From NCBI GenBank assembly GCA_964590105.1, contig CAZPYM010000001.1:236746-300745 (forward strand): a stretch of DNA of 64,000 nt, written 5' to 3'. The notes beneath the pieces are model-generated. The model was given only the letters and a program-made list of their open reading frames with translations, was not told where the DNA came from and ran no database searches. This DNA comes from an uncultured Gammaproteobacteria bacterium (GTDB lineage: Bacteria; Patescibacteriota; Patescibacteriia; UBA11705; JABHMO01). This document shows, piece after piece, positions 1-8,906 of this stretch. Every line of letters starts with the position of its first letter. The stretch's first letter is position 1. Both the position numbers and the translations under genes were made by a program.

Positions 1-1118
1 TTTATATTTTATTAAAGTTTGTTATCCCGCACATTGATAGAATTTTTGCGGAAAACAAAGAAATGCTATTTATTTTTTCAATCGGCAGTTGCTTTGCTAT
101 TGCTTCAATCTTTTATAAACTAAATTTTTCTTTGGAGTTGGGCGCGCTGGCAGCCGGTGTTATTTTGTCAGTTTCACCGTATCAGCGAGAGATTGCTCTA
201 CGCATGCAGTCATTGCGGGATTTCTTCCTGATAATTTTCTTTGTAGTTATGGGCGCTAATGTTCACGCCGGAGATATTCAAAATTCATGGCCTTTAATTA
301 TTGCTTTTTCCTTGTTTATTTTAATTGGTAATCCGATAATTTTGATTTTGGTAATGCGCTGGCTTAATTATACTTTAAAGACCAGTTTTCTGGCTGGACT
401 TACTGTTTCCCAAATCAGCGAATTTTCATTAATTATCATTGGCATGGGCGTGGGGCTCGGCCATCTGCCAAAAGAAATTTTAGCGCCGGCTACAGTTGTC
501 GGAATCATTACAATTACAGTTTCAACATATTATATTACTTATAACCATCAAATTTATAAAATTTTTCAGGCGCCTTTGAGCAAGATTTTTTCCGACAAAA
601 ATCGCAACAAAGAGATTATAGAAATGCCTGAGAAATATGATGTTATTTTATTTGGTTCGCATCGTTTAGGAGGAGGCCTTGTCAAGCAGATGATAAAAAT
701 GAAAATGAAATTCTTGGTGGTTGATCATGATCCTGAGGTTATTCGTGTATTAACAACAAAAAAAATTGCATGTTGGTATGGTTCTGCTGATGATCCATCC
801 TTGATTGACAGTTTACCCTTGGCTGATACCCATCTGGTTATTTCCACTATTCCCGAATTGGACGTCAATCTGACATTGCTCGCGCATGTGAAAAGGGGAC
901 ACAGAAAAATGAATGTTTTGTGTATTGCTAATCAAGTTTCTGACGCGAAAAAATTATACAAAGCCGGCGCTGCCTATGTGATTATGCCGCCATATCTTGG
1001 CCGTCGGTTTATGGTGGATCTGCTGAGGAAAAACAGGTTGAATCATGATAAGTATCGGGAAGAAAGGGAAAAACATATTACCGACTTGCCATATTTAGAC
1101 GATGCGGAATTTTTGTAA
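1..1118 (+). CDS. Cation:proton antiporter-like membrane protein with C-terminal RCK/TrkA-N NAD-binding domain (5'-partial)
   Basis: Reading frame is open to the window start. Hydrophobic TM segments are followed by a Rossmann-like 'VILFGSHRLGGGLVKQM...FLVVDHDPE' RCK domain. Confidence 0.55.
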   Translation, partial: YILLKFVIPHIDRIFAENKEMLFIFSIGSCFAIASIFYKLNFSLELGALAAGVILSVSPYQREIALRMQSLRDFFLIIFFVVMGANVHAGDIQNSWPLIIAFSLFILIGNPIILILVMRWLNYTLKTSFLAGLTVSQISEFSLIIIGMGVGLGHLPKEILAPATVVGIITITVSTYYITYNHQIYKIFQAPLSKIFSDKNRNKEIIEMPEKYDVILFGSHRLGGGLVKQMIKMKMKFLVVDHDPEVIRVLTTKKIACWYGSADDPSLIDSLPLADTHLVISTIPELDVNLTLLAHVKRGHRKMNVLCIANQVSDAKKLYKAGAAYVIMPPYLGRRFMVDLLRKNRLNHDKYREEREKHITDLPYLDDAEFL

Positions 1119-1126
1119 ATTGGCAT

Positions 1127-1155
1127 TTGACAAAATTTATGCTGTTTTCTATAAT
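1127..1155 (+). promoter_or_regulatory. Sigma70-type consensus promoter TTGACA-N17-TATAAT
   Basis: Perfect -35 TTGACA (1127-1132) and -10 TATAAT (1150-1155) with a 17-nt spacer, upstream of the leader ORF, tRNA-His and hisS. Confidence 0.6.
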
Positions 1156-1163
1156 CAATTTAT

Positions 1164-1211
1164 ATGATAATAATTCACGAAATCCATCATATTCACGAAT
1201 GTCCGCGCTAG
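1164..1211 (+). CDS. Candidate His-rich leader peptide (MIIIHEIHHIHECPR, 15 aa), attenuator-type
   Basis: ATG at 1164 is about 9 nt after the -10 box. Four His codons (CAC/CAT) occur in 15 codons and the stop is TAG. It lies immediately upstream of a terminator hairpin and the tRNA-His-hisS genes. No SD is present, so it would be leaderless. Confidence 0.4.
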   Translation: MIIIHEIHHIHECPR

Positions 1212-1242
1212 CTGGTCATTGATTAAGTTAAAAATAAATCAA

Positions 1243-1264
1243 GCCAGCGCAAGCTGGCCTTTTT
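1243..1264 (+). terminator. Intrinsic terminator/attenuator hairpin GCCAGC-GCAA-GCTGGC + CTTTTT
   Basis: Perfect 6-bp GC-rich stem with a GNRA loop and a T-tract. It sits between the promoter/leader ORF and tRNA-His. An upstream GCGCTAGCTGGT segment (1205-1216) can alternatively pair with the 5' arm. Confidence 0.55.
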
Positions 1265-1338
1265 GCAGGATCATGAAAAGACAAATTTACAGAATTCCTA
1301 TCCTTGCCCCTTGTTCCTTATTCCTTGTCCCTAATTCA

Positions 1339-1416
1339 TGGTGGATGTAGCTCAGTTGGTAGAGCATTGGCTTGTGGCGCCAATGGCCGCGGGTTCAAGT
1401 CCCGTCATCCACCCCA
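1339..1416 (+). tRNA. tRNA-His (anticodon GTG) with encoded G-1 and encoded 3' CCA
   Basis: Cloverleaf by eye: G-1 plus GTGGATG acceptor pairing with CATCCAC and C73; D-arm TAGCTCAGTTGGTAGAGC; anticodon stem TTGGC/GCCAA with loop TTGTGGC; T-arm GCGGG TTCAAGT CCCGT; CCA at 1414-1416. Confidence 0.9.
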
Positions 1417-1534
1417 TTCCTTTTTCTCTTTATTAAAAGATAAAAAGGAAAATTACAAATCACAAATTACAAACTCAAAGAAAACCTAAAGCCTAAAACT
1501 CAGAAAATCAACAAATTCAAAATAAATTTCAAAT

Positions 1535-2836
1535 ATGAAAAACGAAGCATTGCAAATGGCCAGAGGAGTACGCGATTTCGGGCCGGAAGAAAAAATTGCG
1601 CGCGATAAAATTGTTACTACATTAAAGCAAGTATTTGAATCTTTTGGCTACAACCCAATTGAAACTCCGGTTTTGGAACGATATGAATTATTCGCTTCCA
1701 AGTTTGGAATTGGCCAGGAGTCTGATGCTATGCGAGAAACTTTCAAATTAAAAGATCAGGGGAATCGAGATATTGTTTTGCGAACTGAATTTACAGTTCC
1801 GTTTTCAAGGTTTGTCGGCATGAATCCGCAATTCAAAAAACCATTCAAAAGATATCAGATAGGACAAGTTTTCCGCGACGGACCGATCAAGCTAGGCCGC
1901 TATCGTGAATTTTGGCAGTGTGATGTGGATGTGGTGGGGATTGGTAGTCCGCAGATTGACGCTGAAATCATTCAGTTGACTGTCGAAGCTTTTGCCAAAT
2001 TGGGAATGGAAATCGAATTTCGTTTGAATAACCGAAAAATATTAAACGAAATATTAAAATATGCCGGAATAACAGGAGAGCAGCAAATCTCAGCTATCAT
2101 TGCGATTGACAAACTTGATAAAATTGGAGTTGACGGCGTGAAAGAAGAATTAAAAGAAAAACAGATTGCCGGATCCGCAGTGGACACTATTTTAAAATTA
2201 ATTTCCATCGAAGGAAATAATCAGGGAAAAATTGTTCAGTTGCGAGATGTGTTGTCGGAAGTTGCCGGCTTGGATGAAGTCGAACAGGCCTTGGCTTTTG
2301 TTATTGACAATCAAAATGTGTTTTTCGTGCCTTCTCTGGCGCGCGGATTGGCATATTATACCGGAAATGTTTTTGAGGTTTATTTGAAGGATAGCTCGAA
2401 AATCAGTTCTTCTATTTGCGCCGGTGGCAGATATGACGATATGATCGGCGGATTTTTAGGAACTAATGAGGTTTATCCGGCAGTTGGGATCAGCTTTGGG
2501 CTCGAAACAATTTTTGATGCCATAAAATTAAATCAAAACAATGATGATGTTGTGAAATCAGTTACAGATGTATATTTGTTGGCGTTGGATGATAAATATG
2601 TTAAGAAAATCATGAACATTGCGAAACAACTGCGCCAAGCGGGAATTAAGGCGGATATGGATTATCTGGGACGCAAACTGAAAAAGAATTTAGAATATGC
2701 TGATAGTTATGGCGTCTCATGGGTGATAATGCTGGGAGAAAGTGAAGAAGTTGAGAATAAACTTATGCTGAGGAATATGAAAACCGGCGAACAGGAAAAA
2801 TTGTCAGTTGACCAAATTATTGAAAAATTGCGATAA
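1535..2836 (+). CDS. hisS: Histidyl-tRNA synthetase (class II), archaeal/eukaryal-like type
   Basis: N-terminal 'ARGVRDFGPEE'; 'FKLKDQGNRDIVLRTEFTVPFSRFVGMN'; motif 2 'RYQIGQVFRDGPIKLGRYREFWQCDVDVVG'; C-terminal anticodon-binding domain. 433 aa. Confidence 0.9.
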   Translation: MKNEALQMARGVRDFGPEEKIARDKIVTTLKQVFESFGYNPIETPVLERYELFASKFGIGQESDAMRETFKLKDQGNRDIVLRTEFTVPFSRFVGMNPQFKKPFKRYQIGQVFRDGPIKLGRYREFWQCDVDVVGIGSPQIDAEIIQLTVEAFAKLGMEIEFRLNNRKILNEILKYAGITGEQQISAIIAIDKLDKIGVDGVKEELKEKQIAGSAVDTILKLISIEGNNQGKIVQLRDVLSEVAGLDEVEQALAFVIDNQNVFFVPSLARGLAYYTGNVFEVYLKDSSKISSSICAGGRYDDMIGGFLGTNEVYPAVGISFGLETIFDAIKLNQNNDDVVKSVTDVYLLALDDKYVKKIMNIAKQLRQAGIKADMDYLGRKLKKNLEYADSYGVSWVIMLGESEEVENKLMLRNMKTGEQEKLSVDQIIEKLR

Positions 2837-2994
2837 ATATTGTTACAAAAAATTAGCCAAATTAAGGCTATTTTTTTGTTGTTCTGAACCAATATTTAAT
2901 CTTGATAATTTTTTGGTAAATTAGTGTTGACATGTGGATAAAAAAAAGGTAAGAATTAAATAATAAGTGCAAATAAATATTTAATACAAAGAAT

Positions 2995-4551
2995 ATGATT
3001 ACTTCTGAACAATTATTGGTATTGACAGGTGAAACGTTAAGCATCAATGATATTGTCGATGTTGCGCGTCATAAACGCATGAAGGTTATTATTAGTGAAG
3101 AAACAAAAAGTAAAATGCAAGCTTCCCGAGATTATGTGGCTAAAGTCGCAAATGAAAAAAGAGTTGTCTACGGCGTCACCACTGGTTTCGGAAAATTTAA
3201 AAATGTTGTTATTGCGCAGGATCAATTGTGTCAAATGCAAGAAAATTTAATTATGAGCCACGCTGTGGGCGTGGGTGAGCCGCTCAAAGAAGAAGAAGTC
3301 AGAGCGGCTGTTTTAGTCAGGGCAAATTCTTTGGTAAAGGGTTATTCTGGTGTGAGAATCGAATTGGTTGAAAAACTGCTTGAATTGGTCAATGCGGATA
3401 TTTACCCTTATGTTCCCTGCAAAGGATCAGTCGGCTCAAGCGGCGATTTGGCTCCATTGTCGCATATTATGTTGGTAATTCTTGGTATGGGTGAAGTGAT
3501 AGAAGGCGGCCAGAGAAAACCAAGCAATGAAGTATTGGCAAGGCTTGGGATTCAACCAATCAAGCTGGTGGCAAAGGAAGGCCTGGCGCTTATTAATGGT
3601 ACTTCAGTAATGACAGGTATCGCGGCCTTAGCAATTTTTGACGCAGAATTATTGACCCAAATGGCGGATATCTCCGGCGCAATGACACTTGAGGCTACTA
3701 TGGGTACGGTTGCTGCTTGTCATCATATGGTCCATTTAGCGAGACCTCATATTGGACAGCAAACTGTCGCTGAAAATATTCGTAGGCTATGCGCGGATAG
3801 CGCAATCGGTTATTCACATCGAAACTGTGATCGCGTGCAAGACGCTTATTCTCTTCGTTGTATGCCACAGGTGCATGGGGCTGTCAGGGATTCACTTCGA
3901 CATATTCGATCAGTAGTTGAAATAGAATTAAATTCCGCCACGGATAATCCTTTGATATTTCATGATTATGATTTAATTATTTCTTGTGGAAATTTTCACG
4001 GCGAACCAATTGCTTTTGTCATGGATTATCTTGGAATTGTTATTGCTGAGCTCGGAAATATTGCCGAGCGTCGGATTTGTCGGATGGTTGATCCGGCGAC
4101 CAGCGAAGGTTTGCCGGCGTTTCTTATTCCGCATGAACAGGCCGGCCTTAGCAGCGGTTACATGATTTCTCACTATACGGCGGCCGCAGTAGTTTCAGAA
4201 AATAAAATTTTGGCTCATCCTGCTAGCGTTGATTCGATTCCGACATCAGCAAACCAGGAAGATCATGTCAGTTTTGGAACAATTGCCGCCAGAAAAGCTA
4301 GACAAATTATTGAAAATGTATATGAAGTGATTGGAATTGAATTGATGAGCGCGGCGCAGGGGCTGGATTTTCATAAACCTTTGCTTCCCGGCCTTGGTTG
4401 TCAGGCGGCCTGGGAAATGATCCGTCAGTTTGTGCCATTTTCAGAAAAGGACAAAATTTTATATCAAGATATGCAGACTATCAGAAAAGAAATAATGCTT
4501 GACGGCAAAATTGTTCAGCATGTTGAGCAGAGGATCGGCAAATTGAGTTAA
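2995..4551 (+). CDS. hutH: Histidine ammonia-lyase family (MIO-dependent aromatic amino-acid ammonia-lyase/aminomutase)
   Basis: 518 aa. Signature 'GSVGSSGDLAPLSH' corresponds to the HAL 'GSVGASGDLAPLAH' MIO motif, with Ser-Ser-Gly in place of Ala-Ser-Gly. The protein shows similarity to HAL throughout. Confidence 0.8.
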   Translation: MITSEQLLVLTGETLSINDIVDVARHKRMKVIISEETKSKMQASRDYVAKVANEKRVVYGVTTGFGKFKNVVIAQDQLCQMQENLIMSHAVGVGEPLKEEEVRAAVLVRANSLVKGYSGVRIELVEKLLELVNADIYPYVPCKGSVGSSGDLAPLSHIMLVILGMGEVIEGGQRKPSNEVLARLGIQPIKLVAKEGLALINGTSVMTGIAALAIFDAELLTQMADISGAMTLEATMGTVAACHHMVHLARPHIGQQTVAENIRRLCADSAIGYSHRNCDRVQDAYSLRCMPQVHGAVRDSLRHIRSVVEIELNSATDNPLIFHDYDLIISCGNFHGEPIAFVMDYLGIVIAELGNIAERRICRMVDPATSEGLPAFLIPHEQAGLSSGYMISHYTAAAVVSENKILAHPASVDSIPTSANQEDHVSFGTIAARKARQIIENVYEVIGIELMSAAQGLDFHKPLLPGLGCQAAWEMIRQFVPFSEKDKILYQDMQTIRKEIMLDGKIVQHVEQRIGKLS

Positions 4552-4567
4552 ATAAAGATAATTAAAA

Positions 4568-4593
4568 AAGACTCCGATGAAGGAGTCTTTTTT
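4568..4593. terminator. Bidirectional intrinsic terminator AAGACTCC-loop-GGAGTCTT + TTTT
   Basis: 8-bp stem flanked by an A-run and a T-run, between the convergent HAL (+) and M20 (-) genes. Confidence 0.6.
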
Positions 4594-4648
4594 GATGATA
4601 TAAAATGCGAGAACATGAGTTAATCCAAGGTCGTATATTCGGAGGAGT

Positions 4649-5824
4649 TTAAGGTGTTCCACAGTAGTGCTGAATTATTGCGGAATATATGTCCCGCGTA
4701 ACTTCAAGAGAGTCAATGTCGACCCACTCATTAGGTTTATGGGCGTTGTCACCCAATGGCCCCAAATTAACAACGGGAATGCCGAATTTTTCTTGCAAAA
4801 ATTGTCCGTCGCCAAAACCTTTGTCCGCGCCATCCGCGTATTGCGCATTTTTACCGCTAATAGTTGCTATTGCCTTTTCGACAACTTGAATCTTTTCCGG
4901 AGCTGTATAAAGTGCCCCGAAGTCGTGTGCTATCTTGGTTTCTAATCGACAACCAAACCTTGTTTGCGCTAGTGCTACCATTTTTGCAGCCAGGATTTTT
5001 CCATTTATATCCGGCGAATTGGTGCGTATGTCAATAACACATTCAGCGTAATCGGCAATCATATTGCCCTGTTGTCCTATTTTAATTTTCCCGCCAGAAT
5101 CCGTTCCCTTATTAATACCGCCATGTAATGAAGACAGATTAAGGGTTGTTAAGCCGAGAGTTTGATGTGGCGTTGCTTCTTCAAATTCTGTTCGAAGAAA
5201 ATCGATTGTTTGATATAGCGCATCAATTGCATTATTTCCTTCTTTCGGATTTTTGGCATGACCGGTTTTTCCGAACATTTGTAAATGTATTTCAACAATG
5301 CCGCGATGAGCATTCCATATCTCGAGATCGCTCGGTTCTGCAATCATTGCTAATTCTGGTATGCCATTTTCTTCTGGATACTCAGCTAGGAACTTTTTCA
5401 TTCCGGCAAAATCGTATTCTTCGTCGCAATAAAAAAGCACAAACAATCCTTCTGCCTTTTGCAGTAAGGAAATTGCGTCCATGATAGCGGCGCACCCACC
5501 TTTCATATCATAAGCGCCTAATCCGTAAAAACGAGTGCCCTCAATTCTTCCGGCTATAGGATCGCCTTGCCAGCCTTCTTGCCGAGGGACAGTGTCTAGA
5601 TGTCCGCCAAGAAAAAGTCGGGGTTTACCGGGAGTAGTTGCGATTACATTGAATCTACCACTGTTGCCGATTGGTTGCTTTTGCACTTTAAGAAATTTAA
5701 ACTTGACAAGGTATTGGTAAACAAACTCGGCTAGCTGTCGTTCATCAGCGTTTTCTCCCACAAAACTAGGTATGGCAACTAAATTTTGCAGAAGCATAAA
5801 TGTGGAATTTTGTTTGATTGACAT
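4649..5824 (-). CDS. M20 family metallopeptidase (ArgE/DapE/N-acyl-amino-acid deacylase type)
   Basis: 'GGHLDTVP', 'GLGAYDMKGG' and 'CDEE' metal-binding motifs. 391 aa. SD AAGGAGG lies upstream of the start. Confidence 0.8.
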   Translation of the reverse strand: MSIKQNSTFMLLQNLVAIPSFVGENADERQLAEFVYQYLVKFKFLKVQKQPIGNSGRFNVIATTPGKPRLFLGGHLDTVPRQEGWQGDPIAGRIEGTRFYGLGAYDMKGGCAAIMDAISLLQKAEGLFVLFYCDEEYDFAGMKKFLAEYPEENGIPELAMIAEPSDLEIWNAHRGIVEIHLQMFGKTGHAKNPKEGNNAIDALYQTIDFLRTEFEEATPHQTLGLTTLNLSSLHGGINKGTDSGGKIKIGQQGNMIADYAECVIDIRTNSPDINGKILAAKMVALAQTRFGCRLETKIAHDFGALYTAPEKIQVVEKAIATISGKNAQYADGADKGFGDGQFLQEKFGIPVVNLGPLGDNAHKPNEWVDIDSLEVTRDIYSAIIQHYCGTP

Positions 5825-6029
5825 AGAGACCTCCTTATGTTAAAGACCTAATTTAATTTTACCTTTTTTAATTTAAATGTCAAATACAATGTTTATAGTT
5901 GTTGCTTGTTTGCTTGAGTGATTCATTAAATTTATGCACAACTTGATTTGACATTTTTAAAATTAGTCGTGTAAACTAAAGATGATTCTGTCGGGTACTT
6001 TTACAATTTAGTTTAAGGGAGGTGCGGAA

Positions 6030-7595
6030 ATGCAAAGATTGAAATATGCAAAATTGATACCAGGTGGCAATACTACAATCATTATTTTTGACCAAGTGCC
6101 ACGCAAGCATCAAGCACTGCTTGCGCGAACGATTATGGAACAGCATTCGGACTGTGAACAGGTAGGGTTTGTTGAACCTGCGAGTGGCAACTCTAAGGCA
6201 ATTTGTCGTTTGCAAATGATGGGTGGCGAGTTCTGTGGCAATGCCACACGATGCCTGACTTGGCTCGTCGCGGGCCATTATTTGCATCATGGCGATACCT
6301 GCAATGCCGAAATCAAGAATCAACTATTTGGTTCAGTTTGCAGATCTTCGGGTTCAACTACGGGCGACAATGAAGATACTAATAACCAGCAGGTTCTGGC
6401 AATGGAAGTCTCCGGTGCCGGGTATATTCTTGAAGCTAAATATTTGATTGATTCATCGGGTAAAGTGGATGATGTTATCGTCCCGATGCCGATCCGGTTC
6501 GTGCCGGCGGATTGTTTGAAACAATCTCAGTTGTTCTGGAATGAAAACGAAATGACTGTTACCATTGTTCATCTGGATGGAATTAGCCACGTAATTGTGG
6601 ATTCTAACAGATTTTCCGAAATCGGTGGTGATCCGGGGAATTTGTTGGAAACCAAACATATCTTGGCATCATTCGGCCTGGAGCAGTTAGAGGCGGCAGG
6701 TGTTATTTTCACGAGACAAGTTGGTGATTCTGTCGCCATAGTGCCGGTTGTTTATGTTCGTGAAACCGATACCTTGATTCTGGAAACCGCTTGTGGTTCA
6801 GGTACTGTAGCTTTGGCACAGAAAATTGCTTTTGAAAAAGGCGAAAGCGTTTTTGTAAAAATCATTCAGCCCAGCGGCGAAACCATCGCTGCACGTGTTG
6901 AAATGTTGAATGGAATGTTTGAATCCGCTTCTATCATGGGCAAGGTCAATATCTGTGAAGAAGGCGTAATTTCTATTCCTAATGAAGACAATCCTCTTGC
7001 GAAGGTTGAGCTTCAACAAATCAAGAGACCGGAAGAACTTGAGCCTTATGCCGACCAGGTAGGATCTTTGTATGCCCGAGTTTTTGCCGACGCACCATAC
7101 TATGAACGATTTACTCCTGAAGAGGGGTATGGCTATCTGCTGGAGATTGCAGCTGCTAACCATGGACTTTTGTTTCTGGCTTTTGATGGTGACGATGTGG
7201 TGGGTTTTGGCGGTGGTTTACCGCTGACATATGACTCGGACATTTGCAAGGTGGTAAATGGTTGCCTTAAACAGGAACGCGCTTTCTATATCGCTGAGCT
7301 CGGCGTGGATCATTGCTACCGCGGTTTGGGCTTGAGCCATGAGTTAATTAATTCCTGTCATAGGGCTATTGACCAAGAACAGTTCGATCAGGTGCTAGTG
7401 AGAACTTCAGTGGCGAATAACGCCACTCTGCACCTGTTTCGCGATCGGCGTGATTTTAGCGTTATTGCCAACGTGCGCCAGCAAGTGGTCAACCGCAAGT
7501 TCCTGCCAGGCGCCACGGAGCCGCAGGATGTTCCTGATGAGCGGCTGTTCCTTGTCCGTACAGTCAAGTCTGCCAAGCAGAACTTGGCAACTTAG
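6030..7595 (+). CDS. Fusion protein: DapF/PhzF-fold PLP-independent amino-acid racemase/epimerase (N-terminal) + GNAT N-acetyltransferase (C-terminal)
   Basis: N-terminal 'IPGGNTTIIIFDQ' resembles DapF GNDFxxVD. First catalytic-Cys motif is 'MMGGEFCGNATRC'; second is 'LETACGSGTVALA'. C-terminal (~aa 330-521) GNAT motif 'YRGLGLSHEL'. SD AAGGGAGG. GC-rich. Confidence 0.65.
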   Translation: MQRLKYAKLIPGGNTTIIIFDQVPRKHQALLARTIMEQHSDCEQVGFVEPASGNSKAICRLQMMGGEFCGNATRCLTWLVAGHYLHHGDTCNAEIKNQLFGSVCRSSGSTTGDNEDTNNQQVLAMEVSGAGYILEAKYLIDSSGKVDDVIVPMPIRFVPADCLKQSQLFWNENEMTVTIVHLDGISHVIVDSNRFSEIGGDPGNLLETKHILASFGLEQLEAAGVIFTRQVGDSVAIVPVVYVRETDTLILETACGSGTVALAQKIAFEKGESVFVKIIQPSGETIAARVEMLNGMFESASIMGKVNICEEGVISIPNEDNPLAKVELQQIKRPEELEPYADQVGSLYARVFADAPYYERFTPEEGYGYLLEIAAANHGLLFLAFDGDDVVGFGGGLPLTYDSDICKVVNGCLKQERAFYIAELGVDHCYRGLGLSHELINSCHRAIDQEQFDQVLVRTSVANNATLHLFRDRRDFSVIANVRQQVVNRKFLPGATEPQDVPDERLFLVRTVKSAKQNLAT

Positions 7596-7608
7596 AAATT
7601 TGAAAGCT

Positions 7609-7639
7609 CACTCCAGTGATAACGCTGGAGTGTTTTTTT
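7609..7639 (+). terminator. Intrinsic terminator CACTCCAG-loop-CTGGAGTG + T7
   Basis: 8-bp perfect stem followed by TTTTTTT, directly after the stop of the 6030-7595 gene. Confidence 0.7.
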
Positions 7640-7805
7640 GTTTTATGTTAAGCTTATTAAGGATGAATTCATAGAAAATCACATAAATTTTCTTAAAAAA
7701 TATGTAAAAATTGGTTATGAAATAAGCATAATGTTTGCATAAGTTGTAAGAACTTTGTTTTATATTTAAATATTTAAATATTTAAATAATTTAAGACAAG
7801 TTTAT

Positions 7806-8906
7806 ATGAAAATAAAATCAATCAAAGCAATTCCCGTTTTCTTTAAATTGTTTAAACCCTTTATTTTTTCAGGAGTGAAATTAGAGATTTTGGATTATGT
7901 TTTGGTAAGAATAGAAACAAATGATGGTGCTGTCGGGTTTGGTGAGTGTCCGGTGTACTGGGAGCCAAGAGGCGAGACTCAGATATCCACTCTTGAGGAC
8001 ATTGAAAAGGTTAAGCCATATTTATTGGGGTTGCGAGCTGATGATGTCGAGGCACGATTGGAAATTTTTCAAAAATATATTCCGCGGGCCTATGCTGCTC
8101 AATGTGGTCTAGATTTGGCGATGTACGATGCTACTGGAAAAACTTTAAATTTGCCTGTTTATAAATTTTTTGGTGAAGCTAAACCAATACCGGTGGATGT
8201 GGTCATTCCTATGATGGGAAAAAATGAGGCAGAGCCGATTATAAATAAATCCCTGTCAGAACAGGTTAAAGTATTTAAAGTAAAAGTTGGTCAAGATATT
8301 GAAAATGAGGTTGAGTTGCTAAAAATGATCAGAGGAAAAATCGGATCAGAGTTATTAATTTATGTTGATGCCAACCAGGGCTTTAAGAGTGTTGACGATA
8401 CAGTGAGTTTTATAAAAAGGATAGTTGATCTAGATATTGCCTGGATAGAACAGCCATTGCCTGCATCGGCTCCACTCGAGGAATTTATACAATTAAAAAA
8501 ACAGTTGCCAATCAAAATAATGTTGGATGAGTCGGTTTATACTTTTGAAGATGTGGAATTGTTTGCCGGGAATGAAGCTTGTGATATGTTTAATATTAAA
8601 CTGGCTAAGAGCGGCGGGATTTCCGGGGCAATTAAATTTTTTGAAGTGGCGGAAAAATTTGGCAAAGAATGCATGTTGGGGTCAATGATAGAAGGGGCTT
8701 CGGGCACTTTCGGCGGCGCACATTTTGCCAGTACTCATCAAATGATAATAACCGCATTGACGGCTTATAGGTTTATTGATGATGAATTGGCTTTTGGTCC
8801 TAAAATTAAATCTAGTTTAATGGAAGTCCCTGAAAAACCCGGATTAGGGTGCGAAAAAGAAGAACTATTTCAAAAGAGGTTCGATGATTTTTCGGATATA
8901 ATATAA
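7806..8906 (+). CDS. Enolase-superfamily racemase/epimerase (dipeptide epimerase or N-acyl/N-succinyl-amino-acid racemase-like)
   Basis: MR/MLE-family pattern: N-terminal capping domain 'VLVRIETNDGAVGFGE'; KxK 'KVKVG'; metal ligands 'DANQG', 'EQP' and 'MLDES'; second base 'IKLAKSGG'. Confidence 0.7.
   Translation: MKIKSIKAIPVFFKLFKPFIFSGVKLEILDYVLVRIETNDGAVGFGECPVYWEPRGETQISTLEDIEKVKPYLLGLRADDVEARLEIFQKYIPRAYAAQCGLDLAMYDATGKTLNLPVYKFFGEAKPIPVDVVIPMMGKNEAEPIINKSLSEQVKVFKVKVGQDIENEVELLKMIRGKIGSELLIYVDANQGFKSVDDTVSFIKRIVDLDIAWIEQPLPASAPLEEFIQLKKQLPIKIMLDESVYTFEDVELFAGNEACDMFNIKLAKSGGISGAIKFFEVAEKFGKECMLGSMIEGASGTFGGAHFASTHQMIITALTAYRFIDDELAFGPKIKSSLMEVPEKPGLGCEKEELFQKRFDDFSDII

Noticed and set aside
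1304-1489. 61-aa + strand ORF
   Set aside because: It completely overlaps the tRNA-His gene (1339-1416). The tRNA cloverleaf is unambiguous and the ORF has no SD, so it is spurious.
1417-1534. Possible T-box riboswitch between tRNA-His and hisS
   Set aside because: The spacer is only ~118 nt, A/CA-rich, with no T-box consensus (AATTAGGGTGGNACCGCG-like) or specifier-loop architecture. The attenuator-like element lies upstream of the tRNA instead.
7766-7795. Tandem repeat (ATATTTAA)x3 upstream of the enolase-family gene, considered as a CRISPR-like or repeat array
   Set aside because: It is only three 8-nt AT-rich units with no spacers. It is consistent with an AT-rich promoter/UP-element region, not a CRISPR array.
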